Shown in pieces: positions 14,859-28,637 of a stretch of 64,000 nucleotides of DNA. Each line of letters starts with the position of its first letter. The first letter of the stretch is position 1. Location of the stretch: NCBI GenBank assembly GCA_964016885.1, contig OZ024754.1:37882001-37946000 (forward strand). The letters are read 5' to 3'. The DNA is from Eledone cirrhosa. Its lineage: Eukaryota. Made by a program: the position numbers and the translations under genes. Below the pieces are notes generated by a model. It was not told the DNA's origin. It searched no databases and worked only from the letters and a program-made list of their open reading frames with translations.

Positions 14859-16034
14859 ATTTTTCAATGTTTGTAAACATACATGACCTCCTTTCCAACA
14901 CAAGAGACATACAGATACATAAGTATATATTGATGCACAGTGGGGTGACACATATTATATTATTTCTGAATGGCAATTTAAATTCAAAAATTAAAATCAT
15001 ATTAAAACAGAAACAAAGCAAAATTAAAATTAAAATACAACATCGGCAGTTAACGTAGATAATGTAAGAGGATAGTTTGTTAGTCAGTTGTAGTAGTTAT
15101 TGTATGCATTATTGTATGCATTACAATGTCAGGCTTGAACCCATCACCACTTCTAGCAACACACCTCACACCACAACTCCACACTCAATGAACCACCCTA
15201 TCTTAACACAATTCGTGCCATCTATCTAAAACCTTTTACCCTAGAAATACCCCCATGTACACCTACTTTTAGTATAATTACTTTCTATTACTTAGACTGT
15301 ATTATATCACTATATAATTATATGTAAACTTTAAACACCGAATTCAGCAATGAATTATTTGTGCAAATGTTGTTGTATGTATTGAGTGCTATCATTAGAT
15401 AAATAGAGGATTAATTTATTAATATAAAAGAGCTGTATAACTTATATGTTGAGTACTATGAATTATGTACAAGTGGTATGCGAGTTATACATACATGTAT
15501 AACTTGATAGATAGATTAATGACATTGTAAGTGAGAAATGTTTTTTGGTCTACCCTAGAGATATTTAACATTGCCATGCAATCAGTGCATCAATATATAC
15601 TTATGTATCTGTATGTCTCTTGCGTTGGAAAGGAGGTTACGTATGTATACAAACATTGAAAAATGCTCAGAAGACTCCAAACCTCGGTTTGGATGAAACA
15701 ATTGTAAGCTAATAAATGGTTTGAACATAACTTTGATTCCTGTGAATTCTATATATATACATATATATATATATACATACATATATATATACATATATAT
15801 ATATACATATATATATACATATATATATATATATTTACATATACATATAATAATAATAATGATACTATTTATAGTTATGTATATACTATAAACAACTATT
15901 AACAGGAAAGGTCAGTAATTTCTTACAAACATTGGTAATGCTCCGATGACTCTAAACGAAAGTTTGGAAGAAACGATTGTCATCAATTAAATGATTTGAA
16001 CATAACTTTGATAATTCTATAATTTTTAATTTAT

Positions 16035-17700
16035 ATATATTTGGGGAGGGTCATATAAAAAACCTCGCAAAACTAATTCATCGCCGTTATATATATATTG
16101 ATATTGATAATATTGATATATATAGACAGAAGAATTTTGACATTACTATGGGTTCGTCAGATTCGGTGCAAGTTACAGATCTTGTGGGCATTTTTATCCT
16201 TAACATGATAAATAGAAAACTGCCGGAGATTACTGGAGGTTTATATAGGGACGACATACTATTTATTGTAGAAAAACATAACAATAGCGAATTAAATAGA
16301 GTAAAGAAAGTAATTATAGAAATTTTTTTAAATTACGACCGGAAATGAGAAGTAGAAAATAATAATAAAATAGTTAATTTTTTAGATGTGACTCTGAATT
16401 TGAACTCAGGCCTTTATTATCCTTTCCATAAAGTCAATGAGAACTTAAATTATGTTAGTTTGTATTCTAATCATCCTAAAAGTGTTAAGAATGCAATAGT
16501 CAACAGTGTACAACAACGAATATCCAGTCTGCTAATAGATCCATATTTAATAGTAAGGCTGTATATTATAATGAAGCGTTACATAAAGCTGGATATAACA
16601 ATAATATTGAGTATATAGAAAATAATACTGAAAATAAAATTAATTATAATCACAGTAATCATAATAAAAATGAATATAAAAACAACTTGATGAATAAATT
16701 GGGGGAAAAAGTAAGAACTAGATCTATAATTTGGTATGCTCCGCCAGTATCTTTAGCTATTAAAACACCTGTAGCACATTTATTTTTTAAAGCTTTGGAT
16801 AAATGCTTCCCTAGGTTACATACATATTACTCTATCTTCAATAGACACACAGTTAAACTTTCTTATTCAACAACTATGAATATTGCTCAAAATATAGCAA
16901 AAATAAATAATAAAAATCTTAAGTTGAACCAACCTATAAATAGCAACAATATATTAGTTAATGGGAATAACAATAATAATAGTTTAAACACGAATAATAG
17001 TAGAACACCTTTAAATAATAATGGGAATAGTTTAACGTATGTAAATAACATAGAGAAGAAATGTAATTGTAGAAAGAGGTCTGAATGTCCTTTACGAAAT
17101 AATTGCCTTGAAAAATCTAGTATATAAATGTACCATTAAGACAAATAATTGTTTCTACTTTAGGCACAAGGCCAGCAGTTACCCAGTTCATTACTGGTAC
17201 TTTATTTTATCGACCCCGTAAGGATGAAAGGTAAAGTCAACCTCGGCGGGATTTGAACTCAGATCGTAAAGGGACGTAACTATGCTGGAAAGCATGGCGT
17301 CCGACCCTCTACCGATACTGCCAATCCACCGCCCGACAATTAATCCACCATTAAGACAAATAATAATATATATATATAACTACATAGGTGCCACCTCATC
17401 TAAATTTAAGGATCATTGGTATAATCATAGACACTCTTTCAATAGACCAGATAAGAAATGTTCAACTTCACTTTCACAACTAGTATGGTCTTTAAAGGAC
17501 AATAATACTAAATACTCCATCTCTTGGACGAAATTAAAGAATGCTGCTTCCTATTGGAACTCAACTATTTCGCAAATTTGCAATCTTTGTAAACTTGAGA
17601 TTCTACAGATAATTACAAATTATGACAATTTAATCAACAAAAAAAAATGAATTATTTAGTAGTTGTCACCATAAAATTTGGTAAAACTTTCCAGACAATG
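16035..17700 (+). mobile_element. Degenerate Penelope-like element (RT-thumb-GIY-YIG) with a SINE insertion
   Basis: ITMGS, GLYRDDIL, NFLDVTLNL, SNHPKS, KLSYSTTMN, KCNCR..CPL..NCL, YIGATS.KFKDHWYNH..SF and CNLC. Contains frameshifts and stops. Confidence 0.88.
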
Positions 17701-19021
17701 TACAAGTTTCGAAAAAATATTGACAATTAATAATTTAAATATATATATATAAGTTTTGCCTTATTGTAGTAATAATTTATTGTTATTTATATGTATTAGA
17801 ATAATTTCATTAAGAGTCTCGTTATCCTATGCTTTGATTAGGACAGTTCAATATTTAACTAGACATCAATTATGATATATACAATAGATGATTTATGGCT
17901 TTCGAAATATCGCTGGACGTGAGAGTTGAGATAAGTTATAAATGCTTATATGGTGAATGAGTTATCTTCCTTTTGTTTACATTGTCCGTACACATTTCTT
18001 TTTGATTAGCTTGCTAAAATATATGAAATATGTAAATTATTAATATATAGACTATCATTAAAAGGAAACTATATATCAAAATAAGTAAATACAGAAGTAA
18101 ATATACCCTTTCATTAAATTAATGAAATAAAACTTTTGAGAGTAAATATAACTACAGTTTGATTCTAGGAATTAAATGAAAATAAATGAATAGTAAAGCT
18201 TTTATAAAGAGAATCTCTAAATTAAATAAAATAATTTGGGTAATAAATGATTTAAATATATTATATGTATTGATGATGATTTATGCATGGTAATATATTT
18301 TAATAAATACATATTTAATAATTATTTAAATAAGCTTTAAAGATTAATTCTCTTAAAGTTGTAACAAAATATTTATAGAATATCTTACCTTAAAATTAAA
18401 ATTGTATTAATCTATGAGTTAAATTAAATTACATAAATTTATTATTAAATAAAACATGTGATTGCTATAGAAAGTAATCTATACTGAATAATCTTGATAT
18501 AATATATAAGTATAATTAGCTAAAACATAATCAAATACAAGAGATATTCAATTGTTTATGAATATGAATAGCTTTGATTTCTTATTTTATCTAGCATTAG
18601 AAAACAATGATTTTTTTTTTTATTCCCCTCTATTCGGGGTTTCCTTATCTTTCTCTATTTCTCTTTATCCCCCTTCGTTCCCTTTTACTATCCCCACACC
18701 TTCCCGCTCTTTTGTCGTTATTCCTCTTTTCTTTTTTTATATATTTCTTTTCTTCTTTTATTCATCCATCCATTTATTTTTTTATTCATTTATCTATTTA
18801 TGTATGTATTTATTTATTTCTTGCCTTTCCTCTTCTTTACTATATCTCTAATTTGCTCTACGTCCTTTTCTTCTTTAAGTTTATCATATTATTTGTGGTA
18901 TAAAAACGTTGAGATTTGATGAAATAAATCACTGCCAATACAGGAATTGAATAATCAAGACCGTAGCAGTATGTCATATATCAAATCATATATTTTGTCT
19001 GATGAGGACGTACTGAAAAAA

Positions 19022-19698
19022 CAATCCAAGAACAGGAGATTAGCACGAAATACCTGATTCACAAAAGAGGTAGGGATGCAGGCAAAACACCTAGATGTGA
19101 TAACAAATGCAGACTCTGCAGAACTAACATCGAGGATATCACCCATTTCATCAGCAGCTGTCCAAAGATGTCATCGCGGTACTATCTACCTATGAGGCAT
19201 GATGTAGTGGCCAAAACACTGTACAATGCAGTTCGTAAAAAAGATAGCCCCAATAATAAACACATTAAAAGCTACAACAATGTGGAAGACATCCATGTAC
19301 ATAATATGAAAGAGTACAGGTGGAATGTTCCAGTAAAAACCCCAATAAAATGCAGGCATAACAGACCAGATATTATATGGGACAGGGAGAAGAAAACATG
19401 CACAGTAGTGGAAATTAGCTGCCCAGCAGATGCCAATATAATATCAAAGATTAGTGAAAAGGAGAATATTTATGCAGAACTGATGAGAAATCTGCAGATA
19501 CTCCACCCTAATTACACCTTCAGATTTATGCCTGTGATTATTGGGGCACTGGGATATGTTAGTAACTGCCTCAATACAAATCTTGAAAAGCTAGGCTTCA
19601 CAGGAACAGAAAGAACACAACTAGTTAGGAAACTACAAGTACAATCCATTAATGGAACAGTAAAAATATGTAAAACATTCCAAAAATTTTGCATCTAA
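19022..19698 (+). mobile_element. R4/Dong-clade non-LTR retrotransposon 3' fragment (CCHC knuckle + restriction-like endonuclease)
   Basis: IQEQEI, CRLC...EDITHFISSC, RHD, NRPDII, VVEISCP, EKENIY, PVIIGALG. Confidence 0.9.
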
Positions 19699-19922
19699 TA
19701 ACTGCATATACACATGTACAGATACAAAGCATATACACATGCACACATACAACTCTAAACATACACATCCACACATACAATAACATCCATATCTACCTAG
19801 TTGATGGTGTGTAAATTCCAATGAGAGAGTCTAGTGTCTATGTTAGAGACCGACTCTCTCTCTATTGGTAAAACTTTGTGAAATTATAAAACCAGAACGA
19901 ACGTGCATGCATGCATGCATAC

Positions 19923-19968
<46 letters not shown>

Positions 19969-20228
19969 TGTTTTGAAGATTTTGACGTGAACAACAATTA
20001 TCATTGGGTGTCTGCTATTTGCAGTATAGCAATATAAGGTTGCACTTACCAATGAAACGGTCGTAAATACCTGCATAAAATCCTTTTCTTAATGCTTACC
20101 TGTGTTTTCTCTTATATATATATATAAATGAAGTAATTCCATCGGAAAAGTCCAGGAAAAAAGAGTGCTCTATGTAGGCAACAGAGCTTAATTATTATTA
20201 TTATGTAATAAACAACATAAGGCAATTA

Positions 20229-20288
20229 TTCCATTTACCAGTGGTTTCTTAAAAGCAAAAGGTTTTGCTTTCAATCCTCAGAATGAAA
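20229..20288 (-). ncRNA. Type I hammerhead ribozyme
   Basis: CATT-CTGAGGA-TTGAAAGCAAAAccTTTTGCTTTTAA-GAAA-CCactGG-TA-AATG. Confidence 0.85.
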
Positions 20289-20559
20289 AAATCCTGGTTT
20301 GTTTATTGAATTTGGACTATAAAAACAAAAATGCAATCTATATGAAAGTGAGGCTGGAGAAGGGAGAAGGAAAGGAAAAATAAAATAAAACTACACATGC
20401 AAACACACACACAAAAAAACACAAAAGCATACTTACACACACATACATATATACATATATATATGTACGCATACATATATACATATACACATATATATAA
20501 AACGTACACTTACATACACATACACATATATACACACATATACACATACATACATTAAT

Positions 20560-20593
<34 letters not shown>

Positions 20594-20618
20594 GCGCATA
20601 CACACACACATATATATA

Positions 20619-20688
<70 letters not shown>

Positions 20689-21087
20689 CACACATACACA
20701 TACACACACATACACATGTGTGTGTACAAGCATACACATACACAAACATAGCCATACATACATTCACACAAACATACAAAACGTACATACATACACATAC
20801 ATGAATGCACTCCTCTACATATTCACACACGCAAATAAATATAAGAAAAAAAAAATATATATATATATATATATATTAAAAAATTTTTGACACCGATACA
20901 TGACCCAGCTAACAGGACAGACACGTGTGGTAAGTAATACACACAAAAGCACGTATACATACGTACAAAATAGTAAACACATACACACACTCTCACACAT
21001 AAATATACATAAACAAATACAAAAACACATACATACACATACATACACAAACACGCACACGTATATGTAATTATATACACATACACA

Positions 21088-21127
<40 letters not shown>

Positions 21128-21247
21128 AAAATATAAAAATATAAACGCACACACACACACACACATATACGTAAACACACATATACATACATAGCTAAAC
21201 AATTATACACATGCAAATACGTATATATCAAAAACACGCACAACCAA

Positions 21248-21308
<61 letters not shown>

Positions 21309-21333
21309 AAAATAAATACACACACACATATAC

Positions 21334-21370
<37 letters not shown>

Positions 21371-21510
21371 AATATATATGGAAAGTTATATTTAAATTGT
21401 TGGGTTACAACGAGTAAATATTTATAACTGATATAAAAGCACTCAACAAGTATTTGGAGTATATTTACGATATTAAATAAATGGAAATTATATTTATAAA
21501 ACCATATTTA

Positions 21511-21572
21511 TTTCATTATATATATTTCAGGGACATCATATTAACAATATGTTATGCCTTCTTCAGACAAAA
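21511..21572 (-). ncRNA. Type I hammerhead ribozyme
   Basis: TTTTGT-CTGAAGA-AGG..CATATT gtt AATATG..CCT-GAAA-TATATA-TA-ATGAAA. Confidence 0.8.
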
Positions 21573-21699
21573 TACAATATAGACAGTCTTATAAATAAAT
21601 AGATTCGACATACCTTTCAACATCGACATGCATTTGAAAAGTTGATTTGGCAGTAAAAATATTATGGACAGTTGTAAAAAGAAAAAAGAAAGTTGTAAA

Positions 21700-21747
<48 letters not shown>

Positions 21748-22914
21748 AAAACGAAGAAAAAGAAGAAATGCATGCAACTAAATAGAGAGAGATAGAAAGA
21801 TAGATAAAGAGAAGAACTTCATGTAAAGAAACAGAGAGATATATAGAGAGAGGAAAAAGAGGGAGATAGATAGAGATAGATAGATATAGATAGAGAAACT
21901 AGGTAGTTGAGCATCAGTTGAATGACGTATCAATGATACATTTATTTATTTATTTATTTATTTAGCTCTAGTATTAATGTAAAGAGAGATATATGTGGTT
22001 AGGAGAGAAAACAGCCGTTATATAGAGAGAAAAAAGAAAAATGAAAAATAACCAGACATAAGCGAGGCAGAATTTAAAAAACGCTATGTTTCATCAATGT
22101 AGAAATATTAGTTCGTATAAAACAGGCATTATAATGTAAATATCAGTATTCATGAATGAGACACGTATCTATAATGTGTGAAAAGTAATGATCATATGTC
22201 TAGTTTTAAAAATTCATATGTTTATATCATAACTATAAACATCGATGTGAATTTACGTGATCAGCTCTGCAAACTCCTATTTCACACGAAAACATTCTCA
22301 ATTGTGCTATAAAAATTCAGGTATACATATATGTGTATATATACACATATATATAGAGTCTATTTTAATTTTAACAATACTATTCTTGTCTTTACTCTAC
22401 ATGATTATCGATCAAGCAGAAATAGAGAACAGATTTCAATATATTAATAAAAATATCAGAAACAAAAAAAATAAATAAACAGAAAACTAAAAAAATATTA
22501 AATATTAAAAATAAAAATATTAAAAATATTAAAAAATAATAAAAATAAAACATAGTATGCCACGCAAATCGACCACAAAAGATCAACCCTTCAAAGTTAA
22601 TTGACAATATATTGCCAAGTTCATTATAAGCATCAGAGTCAAAAGCAGATAAAACCAAAAATTATTTACCAAATCCTGTCCAACAGAAATCATTCCAAAA
22701 GTTTAGGATACCCATTTGGTCTACATATGTTCTTATATTTAATATAGAAGTTTATCTAGTGTAAAATTTATTCGATATATTTGGAGCATCAGCTTTTAGG
22801 GTAGTTTAATTATTCATGAAGAATGTTTAAAATAAAAAGAAGAAATCGAAAGATTTATCGGCTAGTTTCATAAATAATTACAAATCAAACTAAATATACT
22901 ACATTTTAAATTTA

Positions 22915-23200
22915 AATTTATATTTAAAAGTTGAGTTCAATCTATGTCTGCAGCAACTGAATAAATTTGTCCGTAGATTAAGGGAATTTTTAGATTTTAG
23001 TATAAAGAATATCTCCTCCGCGCAGAGGTCACATGTCTCAGAGGATGAATTAAAAGGAATCCCTCTTGAGACTATATTCCAAGCCGTCGAATATCTAACG
23101 TTATCATGCCTAAGTTGCCAGAGTACGCCTGATAGTGCTGTTGAAGATTTTTTGCTTGGATCTGTGAAAGAATTCTTGTGGTTATTATAGCGAGTAAATA
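22915..23200 (-). mobile_element. Penelope GIY-YIG C-terminal remnant
   Basis: Translates FTRYNNHKNSFTDPSKKSSTALSGVLWQLR...CDLCAEE...LNLRTNLFSCCRHR. Confidence 0.8.
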
Positions 23201-23331
23201 TACTCCAAATACTTGTTGAGTGCTTTTATATCAGTTATAAATATTTACTCGTTGTAACCCAACAATTTAAATATAACTTTCCATGTATCTTGCTCCAATA
23301 CTGTTGAGCGCTTTATATTATAACTGAAAAA

Positions 23332-23525
23332 ATGGAATTCTTTAAGATTACTTCCTCTTTAAAAGACATACCTCTACCTAGAAACAAAGACTTTATAAAA
23401 CAATTAATAGATAAATCTGACTCTTTTATAAGGAGAATCAGGTGGCGAGCATTCCACTTTGATAAATCTAATATAAATGAAAATGTCTCGGACTTAAACA
23501 AAGTTTTCAAATCTAAAAGAAATCC
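23332..23525 (+). mobile_element. Penelope ORF N-terminal remnant
   Basis: SLKDIPLP..KDFIKQLIDKSDSFIRRIRWRAFHF...FKSKRNP resembles the PLE N-terminal SLKNIP / FIKRMRWKA pattern. Confidence 0.7.
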
Positions 23526-24765
23526 AGTGTGGGGCTGGGAGGTTTTTACCGTGTTGCCTACACGGCCACATTACAGCGTCGTGGACTGTCTGGCAGGTTT
23601 TCTACAGCTGGATGCCCTTCCTAACACCAACCACATTTACAGTGTGGGACTGGGAGGTTTTTACCGTGTTGCCTACACGGTCACATTATAGCGTGGACTG
23701 TGTGTTTTTTTGTCGTGACACCTACACGATCTCATTTGTTTCGGCCTGGATTTTGTGGCACCAACATAACTTTACATTGAAAGGGGCGGTGTGGGGATGG
23801 GGGTGTATTTTGTTAGAGATGCCTACTGACTGTAGTAGGTTTTACTTTGTATTTAGGTAACGCGGGTCTTCTCTATTACTGAGTACCGCCAATGTAGAAA
23901 ACAAGTCATTTTGACCAACAGTGGAGTTACTTCTGACAGCTAATACCATGAACTATATTTTCATAGTTATGGTTATCAATGTAGAAAACAAGTCATTTTC
24001 ACCAACAGTGGAGTTAACTTAAATGAAAATATAGGTGGCCCTTAAAAGGGCCAAATTGTTAATGGAATTAACCATCGCTACCGCTACTACAGCAGATACC
24101 ATCAATCTCCATGTGGACTGTATCCATGCTTTTGAATAAGGTTGGTGAAAAAAATTTGATAACCATAAATTTGTTTTCTAATTTGGCCCTTTTAAGGGCC
24201 ACCTATATTTTCATTTAAGTAACTCCACTTACACTTTAATAAAAAAAAAAATATTAAAAAAACGCGTGATATTTTCATTTAAGTAACTCCACTTACATCT
24301 ATATGCTTTAATAAAAAATAAAATAAAAACTCCACTTACGCGTGGTAGTAATACGGAAATAAACGATGTTTTGCTTTCATCGGCTGCTTTCGACTGAGCT
24401 AATAGCGTTGTATAGTGCCCATTATTTACCTCTGAGGCGGTGGATTGGCAGTATCGGTAGAGAGTCGGACACCATGCTTTGAAGCATAGAGTTACGTCCC
24501 TTTATGATCTGAGTTCAAATCCCGCCGAGGTTAACTTTGCCTTTCATCCTTACGGGGTCGATAAAATAAAGTACCAGTAATGCACTGGGTAATTTCTGAT
24601 CTTGTGCCTAAAATAGAAACAATTATTTACCGCTGATAACACATCAGCGATCGATTAGCGACCTCTAGACACACCTGATCAATGAAACAGTTGTCAATAC
24701 CTGAAATAAAGCTCCTTGTTGTACAGCCAACCATGTTACTCTTCATTCTTTCACTATATATATAT

Positions 24766-24812
24766 ATTCCTGATGATTTCTAAAGAACGAAACAGTTCTA
24801 GTCCTGTAGAAT
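24766..24812 (+). ncRNA. Type I hammerhead ribozyme
   Basis: ATTC-CTGATGA-tTTCtaaaGAAc-GAAA-CAG ttctagtc CTG-TA-GAAT. Stem I covaries with the 11476 copy. Confidence 0.78.
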
Positions 24813-25649
24813 CTCATCTATATTAAAACTTTTATACTCTGCTATGTATTGAGTACCTTACTTACTGTGGTTACCTCCGATTCAACCCGGAATAACTTAC
24901 CTATATATATATACACACACATATATATATATATATTTCGTTTCTGAATTTGTTTAGCAAGATTCTTTATCTGAAATCGTGTGTTGAAACCGATATTGTT
25001 ATACTTTGGGAGGGTCATGTTGCCAATAAGAAACACACGCACCAGTTGCTTTCACTTCAATTTATTATATATTTATAAATTTATAAGTTTATAAATCTAT
25101 AAATTTCTGGTTGGTTGGTTGGTTCCACAACCAGATAGTTGTTTATATATAGTCATAGTTCTTTCGTCACACACTCTATAGATTTATAAACTTATAAATT
25201 TATAAATATATAATAAATTGAAGTGAAAGCAACTGGTGCGTGTGTTTCTTATTGGCAACATGACTCTCCCAAAGTATAACAATATATATATATACATACA
25301 TATATATATATTTATTTATGTATACGTACGTAATTTAAAAAAATCCCGCCACATATTACTTATGATGACTGCCGCATACAGCATAATTGCGGGTGTGTAC
25401 CCGACCGATATGGACTAGGGCGCCTAGGAGCAATGAAGACGTCGAAGTGGTGCTTGCCGTTCAAGATTACAGCCCCTTTTCCACCATAGTAGTAATTGTT
25501 TTTATTTTAGTCTACGCCAGAAGCAACTATCATTTTCAACTTTTCTCGTATATTTTATTCTCTCATAGACTGTGAAAGATGGGGGGGTTTTACGAAATCT
25601 TAAAAAAAAAATGTTTTTTCTTTTCTTTTAAATAATGAGGTTGGTCGCA

Positions 25650-25684
<35 letters not shown>

Positions 25685-25691
25685 CCATGCG

Positions 25692-25742
<51 letters not shown>

Positions 25743-26688
25743 TATTTATATTATATATTATGATCTGAGTTCAAATCCCTCCGAAGTTAACCTGATGCCA
25801 AAAGTAGAAACAATTATATATAATAAATCAGGAAAGAAGAGTGACACGGTTTGCTATACAAAAAAGGTTTTTAATCTCATTGCTGACAGTTGTTTCTCTG
25901 AACTGATAGGTCTAGAGATCGCTATCCGCTTATTTTTACGTTACTCGATCGCCTATAACAATAATTTGTTACCCCGTATATATATATATATATAACAAAG
26001 GAAATGTGGTAAGGAACCAGATGGACCATAACGCACCATACTCAATACTTAGGGTAGTAGAGTGGGAAATAGGAAAAAGCATGACCCCGACGGCAGAGCT
26101 CAAGCCATTTCGACGGCTATTTCTGAGTCCAGAAATAGCCGTCGAAACGGCTTGAGCTCTGCCGTCGGGGTCATACTTTTTCCTATATATATATATGTAT
26201 GTGTGTGTGTTTATGGGTGCGCGCGAGTGTGTGAGTGAGTGTTTGTGAATGTGTCTGTTGACTTTTGGCATATAGTTGAATAGTTTAAGAGAAATTTGAA
26301 GATAATTGTATGATATGCACTTAATATTTTGAATTTGTCTACAGAATTCTCTAAACCTTTGTCACTTAGTAGAACCTTAAAGAATTTAGCTTTTAAAGAA
26401 TCTCCCTTTCCTTTAAATCTATCTACCATGACTGACCCCTACTGATCTTATAGACACCCGTTAGCTTAAGAGAAACTTAATAATAAGGAGTGACAGCCCA
26501 TCCTAAACCTGTTTATAGAATTCTTTCTGCCTTTGTTACTCTAAAAATAAAAATAAACTATAGCTTTATAGAATTAGCTTTTAATGAATTCCCTTTTCTA
26601 TCAACCAATGACCTACACCCATCCCATTCCCCACCCTCTCCTACCACTTGTAGAGACCTATAAATACCATACTTATTTTTTGATACCC

Positions 26689-26739
26689 AGAGTCCTGATG
26701 ATTTCTAAAGAATGAAACAGTTCTAGTCCTGTAGAATCT
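26689..26739 (+). ncRNA. Type I hammerhead ribozyme (same family as 24766)
   Basis: AGAgTC-CTGATGA-...-GAAACAG...CTGTA-GAaTCT. Confidence 0.72.
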
Positions 26740-27229
26740 TATCTATATTAAAACTATATATATAATAGAATAATCGAGTATCGGAAAATCAGCTCACGAA
26801 TTAACGATAAACAAATCCGATATGAGTGGCAGAGGGCTCAATAATTTAGATAAATCAGTGTCTACCCTGCCTTCCATAGGTTATAGATCCCATACACTGG
26901 TGGTTTCCGTTTTATTGATGGCACACACACTCACTCTCTCTAGTGTGTTACCTTTTCAACATATTGTATTTTAAAGAACTCAAGATTCCTTTTCCTTTGA
27001 GCACATTATTGACAGGGAATAGCGAGAGTCTATGGCTCCGTTAATTTATATATATATATAAGCAGAAGGGATATTTAATTTGTTGGTAATTCAACAAATA
27101 TAAATGTTTATAACTGATTCAGAACACTCGACAGATTTCTGGAGTAAATATTCAATGACTATCCAAGGAAAATTCAACTGATAAGGTATGTTTCTTGGCT
27201 ATGTCAACATTTATAAAACACACTTTGCA

Positions 27230-27287
27230 TTTTATCTGATGAAAGCGTACCAAAGTTTTTGGTACCCTTGAAATATATATAATAGAA
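27230..27287 (+). ncRNA. Type I hammerhead ribozyme
   Basis: TTTTAT-CTGATGA-AAGcGTACCAAAgttTTTGGTACcCTT-GAAA-TATATA-TA-ATAGAA. The 3' flank is shared with the 21511 copy. Confidence 0.85.
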
Positions 27288-27328
27288 TAAATATGGTTTT
27301 ATAAATATAGTTTCCATTTATTTAATAT

Positions 27329-27450
<122 letters not shown>

Positions 27451-27652
27451 TTACCTGATCCTGCTGAGGCCAGGCTGGAATTCTTTATGTGTAATTTTAT
27501 TGAATTATTCACGTGTGTGTGCAATGTGAATGATTCAATGAATTTAAGTATATAGGTTCATTTTTAAGGCGGGTGGGTGTTATTTAGGGGAGGTCTGGCT
27601 GGCATTTTTAGCAGGTTGAGCAACTCGCTCAGGCGCTTTGTTACGTCATGAC

Positions 27653-27921
27653 CAGGGGCCTCGTTTGCCTTAAAAATGTGAAGGGGACAAACCAACATTT
27701 GTTGATTCTTAAAGGAACATGTTAATATGTGCCTTTCCTGGACTCTACACATAAGTAAAATTTTACGCTAATTAAATTTTATGTATTCAAATGAAGTTCA
27801 GATATAAAAAAAATAAGCTTAAAAAAAATTTATTATATCAAATAAACCAAAAATAAAATATAGATGTTTGAAAAAGTGGGGGAAACTTGTCCCCTGGTAC
27901 CCCCCTGAAACAAGGCCCTTG
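27653..27921. mobile_element. hAT-type MITE
   Basis: TIRs CAGGGGCCTCGTTT / AAACAAGGCCCTTG; 8-bp target site duplication (TSD) gtcatgac / gccatgac. Confidence 0.8.
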
Positions 27922-28196
27922 GCCATGACCATCACATTCACATACTTGTGGTTACAGTCAATAAGTAAGATCTAAGTTCTTGGCTACGGTCTCATTTTAT
28001 ATACCTATATTGAAAAATCCACTGTACACACACACATATATATATATAAGATCCTGTTAAGGGTGAAAGCAGCGATTCTTTGCTTAAACTTTAATCTGTT
28101 ATCTTAATAAATATTTGCTCTACGGTTCTTATATATTTGATATATATTTTCCTTATCGAGCCCTCTTTGGATTTTAGTCTTCAATTTTATTATTAT

Positions 28197-28246
<50 letters not shown>

Positions 28247-28637
28247 TAACTCATGTCTAGACATGAGTTATGATATAATGCTCTGATTTTTTTATTTTAA
28301 TTTATTAATTCTTCATTGAGCTTAAAAGTGAACAGTTGCAACACATATATGTATCCTTGATTTAATTTAATTTAATGTTATGTATGTGATAACCTCTATA
28401 TATATATATATATAAAATGGGGTACGCACATGTCAAAGAAAGCAGGAAAAACAACGAAAAACGAACACCCGCTGGAAATCACTATAGTTTCATATATATT
28501 CAAATGTAAGCCAAAATCACACATTCTCTAAACCAAATTCCTTATAACCCACATTCATATTTAAATTAAATAAACAGAATAATACATATTGTTTTCTTTG
28601 TGATATATTATGGATTAAAAACAAATAAGTAAGTTAC

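Noticed and set aside
18990-19020. ttttgtCTGATGAGGACG hammerhead 5' half; similarly lone GAAACAATTGTC halves at ~4160 and ~36486, and a decayed motif at ~2296-2335 (minus)
   Set aside because: Only half of the core is present or core bases are mutated; likely relics, not counted as ribozymes.
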